IMG/VR virus record: IMGVR_UViG_3300020045_017575
Location: 1 to 36,722 of that record
DNA: 36,722 nucleotides
Reading direction: 5' to 3' (one strand)
DNA from: a virus
Lineage: Duplodnaviria > Caudoviricetes
Of the stretch, positions 36,384 to 36,722 are shown piece by piece. A program made the translations under genes and the position numbers. Under the pieces are notes generated by a model that was not told where the DNA came from, ran no database searches, and worked only from the letters and a program-made list of their open reading frames with translations. Each line of letters starts with the position of its first letter. Within the stretch, counting starts at the first letter, position 1.

Positions 36384-36714
36384 TTATTGGATTTCTGTTA
36401 AAAAAGAATTGCCAGATATGCATGATCCAGAAGTTATTTGGATTAACGAAGAAGAGATAATCACTCATGGATGGTATGATACTTTAAATGGACCACCATT
36501 CTTCGAATCTTATGGAAAATGTTGGCATTGCTCATCTAACAAGGAAGATAAAGATTTTGATAAATTTAACAAGATTTCACACTCCAATTGTCAGGATTTA
36601 GATAAAAAAGATAAACCTACGCATTGGATGCTGTTTTCTGATTTTTTTAAACTCACCGGCATGGATCAATTTCCCGTTGAGAAAAGATGGCGCAGAGAAC
36701 GTAGAAGAAGGTAA
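36370..36714 (+). CDS. DUF551-like protein; may continue across the circular junction to TAG at 218-220
   Basis: WISVKKELP...PTHWM. The duplicate copy at 116-177 has GAA in place of the TAA stop. Confidence 0.65.
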   Translation: MIKNSYWISVKKELPDMHDPEVIWINEEEIITHGWYDTLNGPPFFESYGKCWHCSSNKEDKDFDKFNKISHSNCQDLDKKDKPTHWMLFSDFFKLTGMDQFPVEKRWRRERRRR

Positions 36715-36722
36715 AAACTTGA

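Noticed and set aside
1-36722. tRNA genes, alternative genetic code
   Set aside because: No cloverleaf noticed in the intergenic gaps. Core genes are intact under code 11 with all three stop codons in use.

Overview
Near-complete genome of a short-tailed (P22-like portal, N4-gp56-like capsid) dsDNA phage. It is probably a circle of about 36.55 kb, because 116-177 re-matches 36661-36722. Recognisable modules: HTH replication initiator, RusA, terminase, portal, putative scaffold, serine recombinase, major capsid, head-tail and ejection proteins, a leftward regulatory operon, a Gly-rich tail-fibre cluster with an HNH nuclease, a Cro-like HTH and an ERF annealase. I found no endolysin, holin, polymerase or tyrosine integrase. 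Four things stand out. (1) An exported GRDP/DUF1399-like protein is followed by three secreted peptides that each carry the domain's apparently missing C-terminal motif plus a different Cys-rich core, which looks like a split, RiPP-like system. (2) The capsid mRNA leader holds four tandem covarying pseudoknot-like units. (3) An ORF-less group I intron splits the major capsid gene. (4) A triplicated family of secreted/membrane proteins carries PxSP-KRAK motifs, suggesting an intracellular bacterial host (inference). All family calls come from motif recognition by eye, not from database searches.
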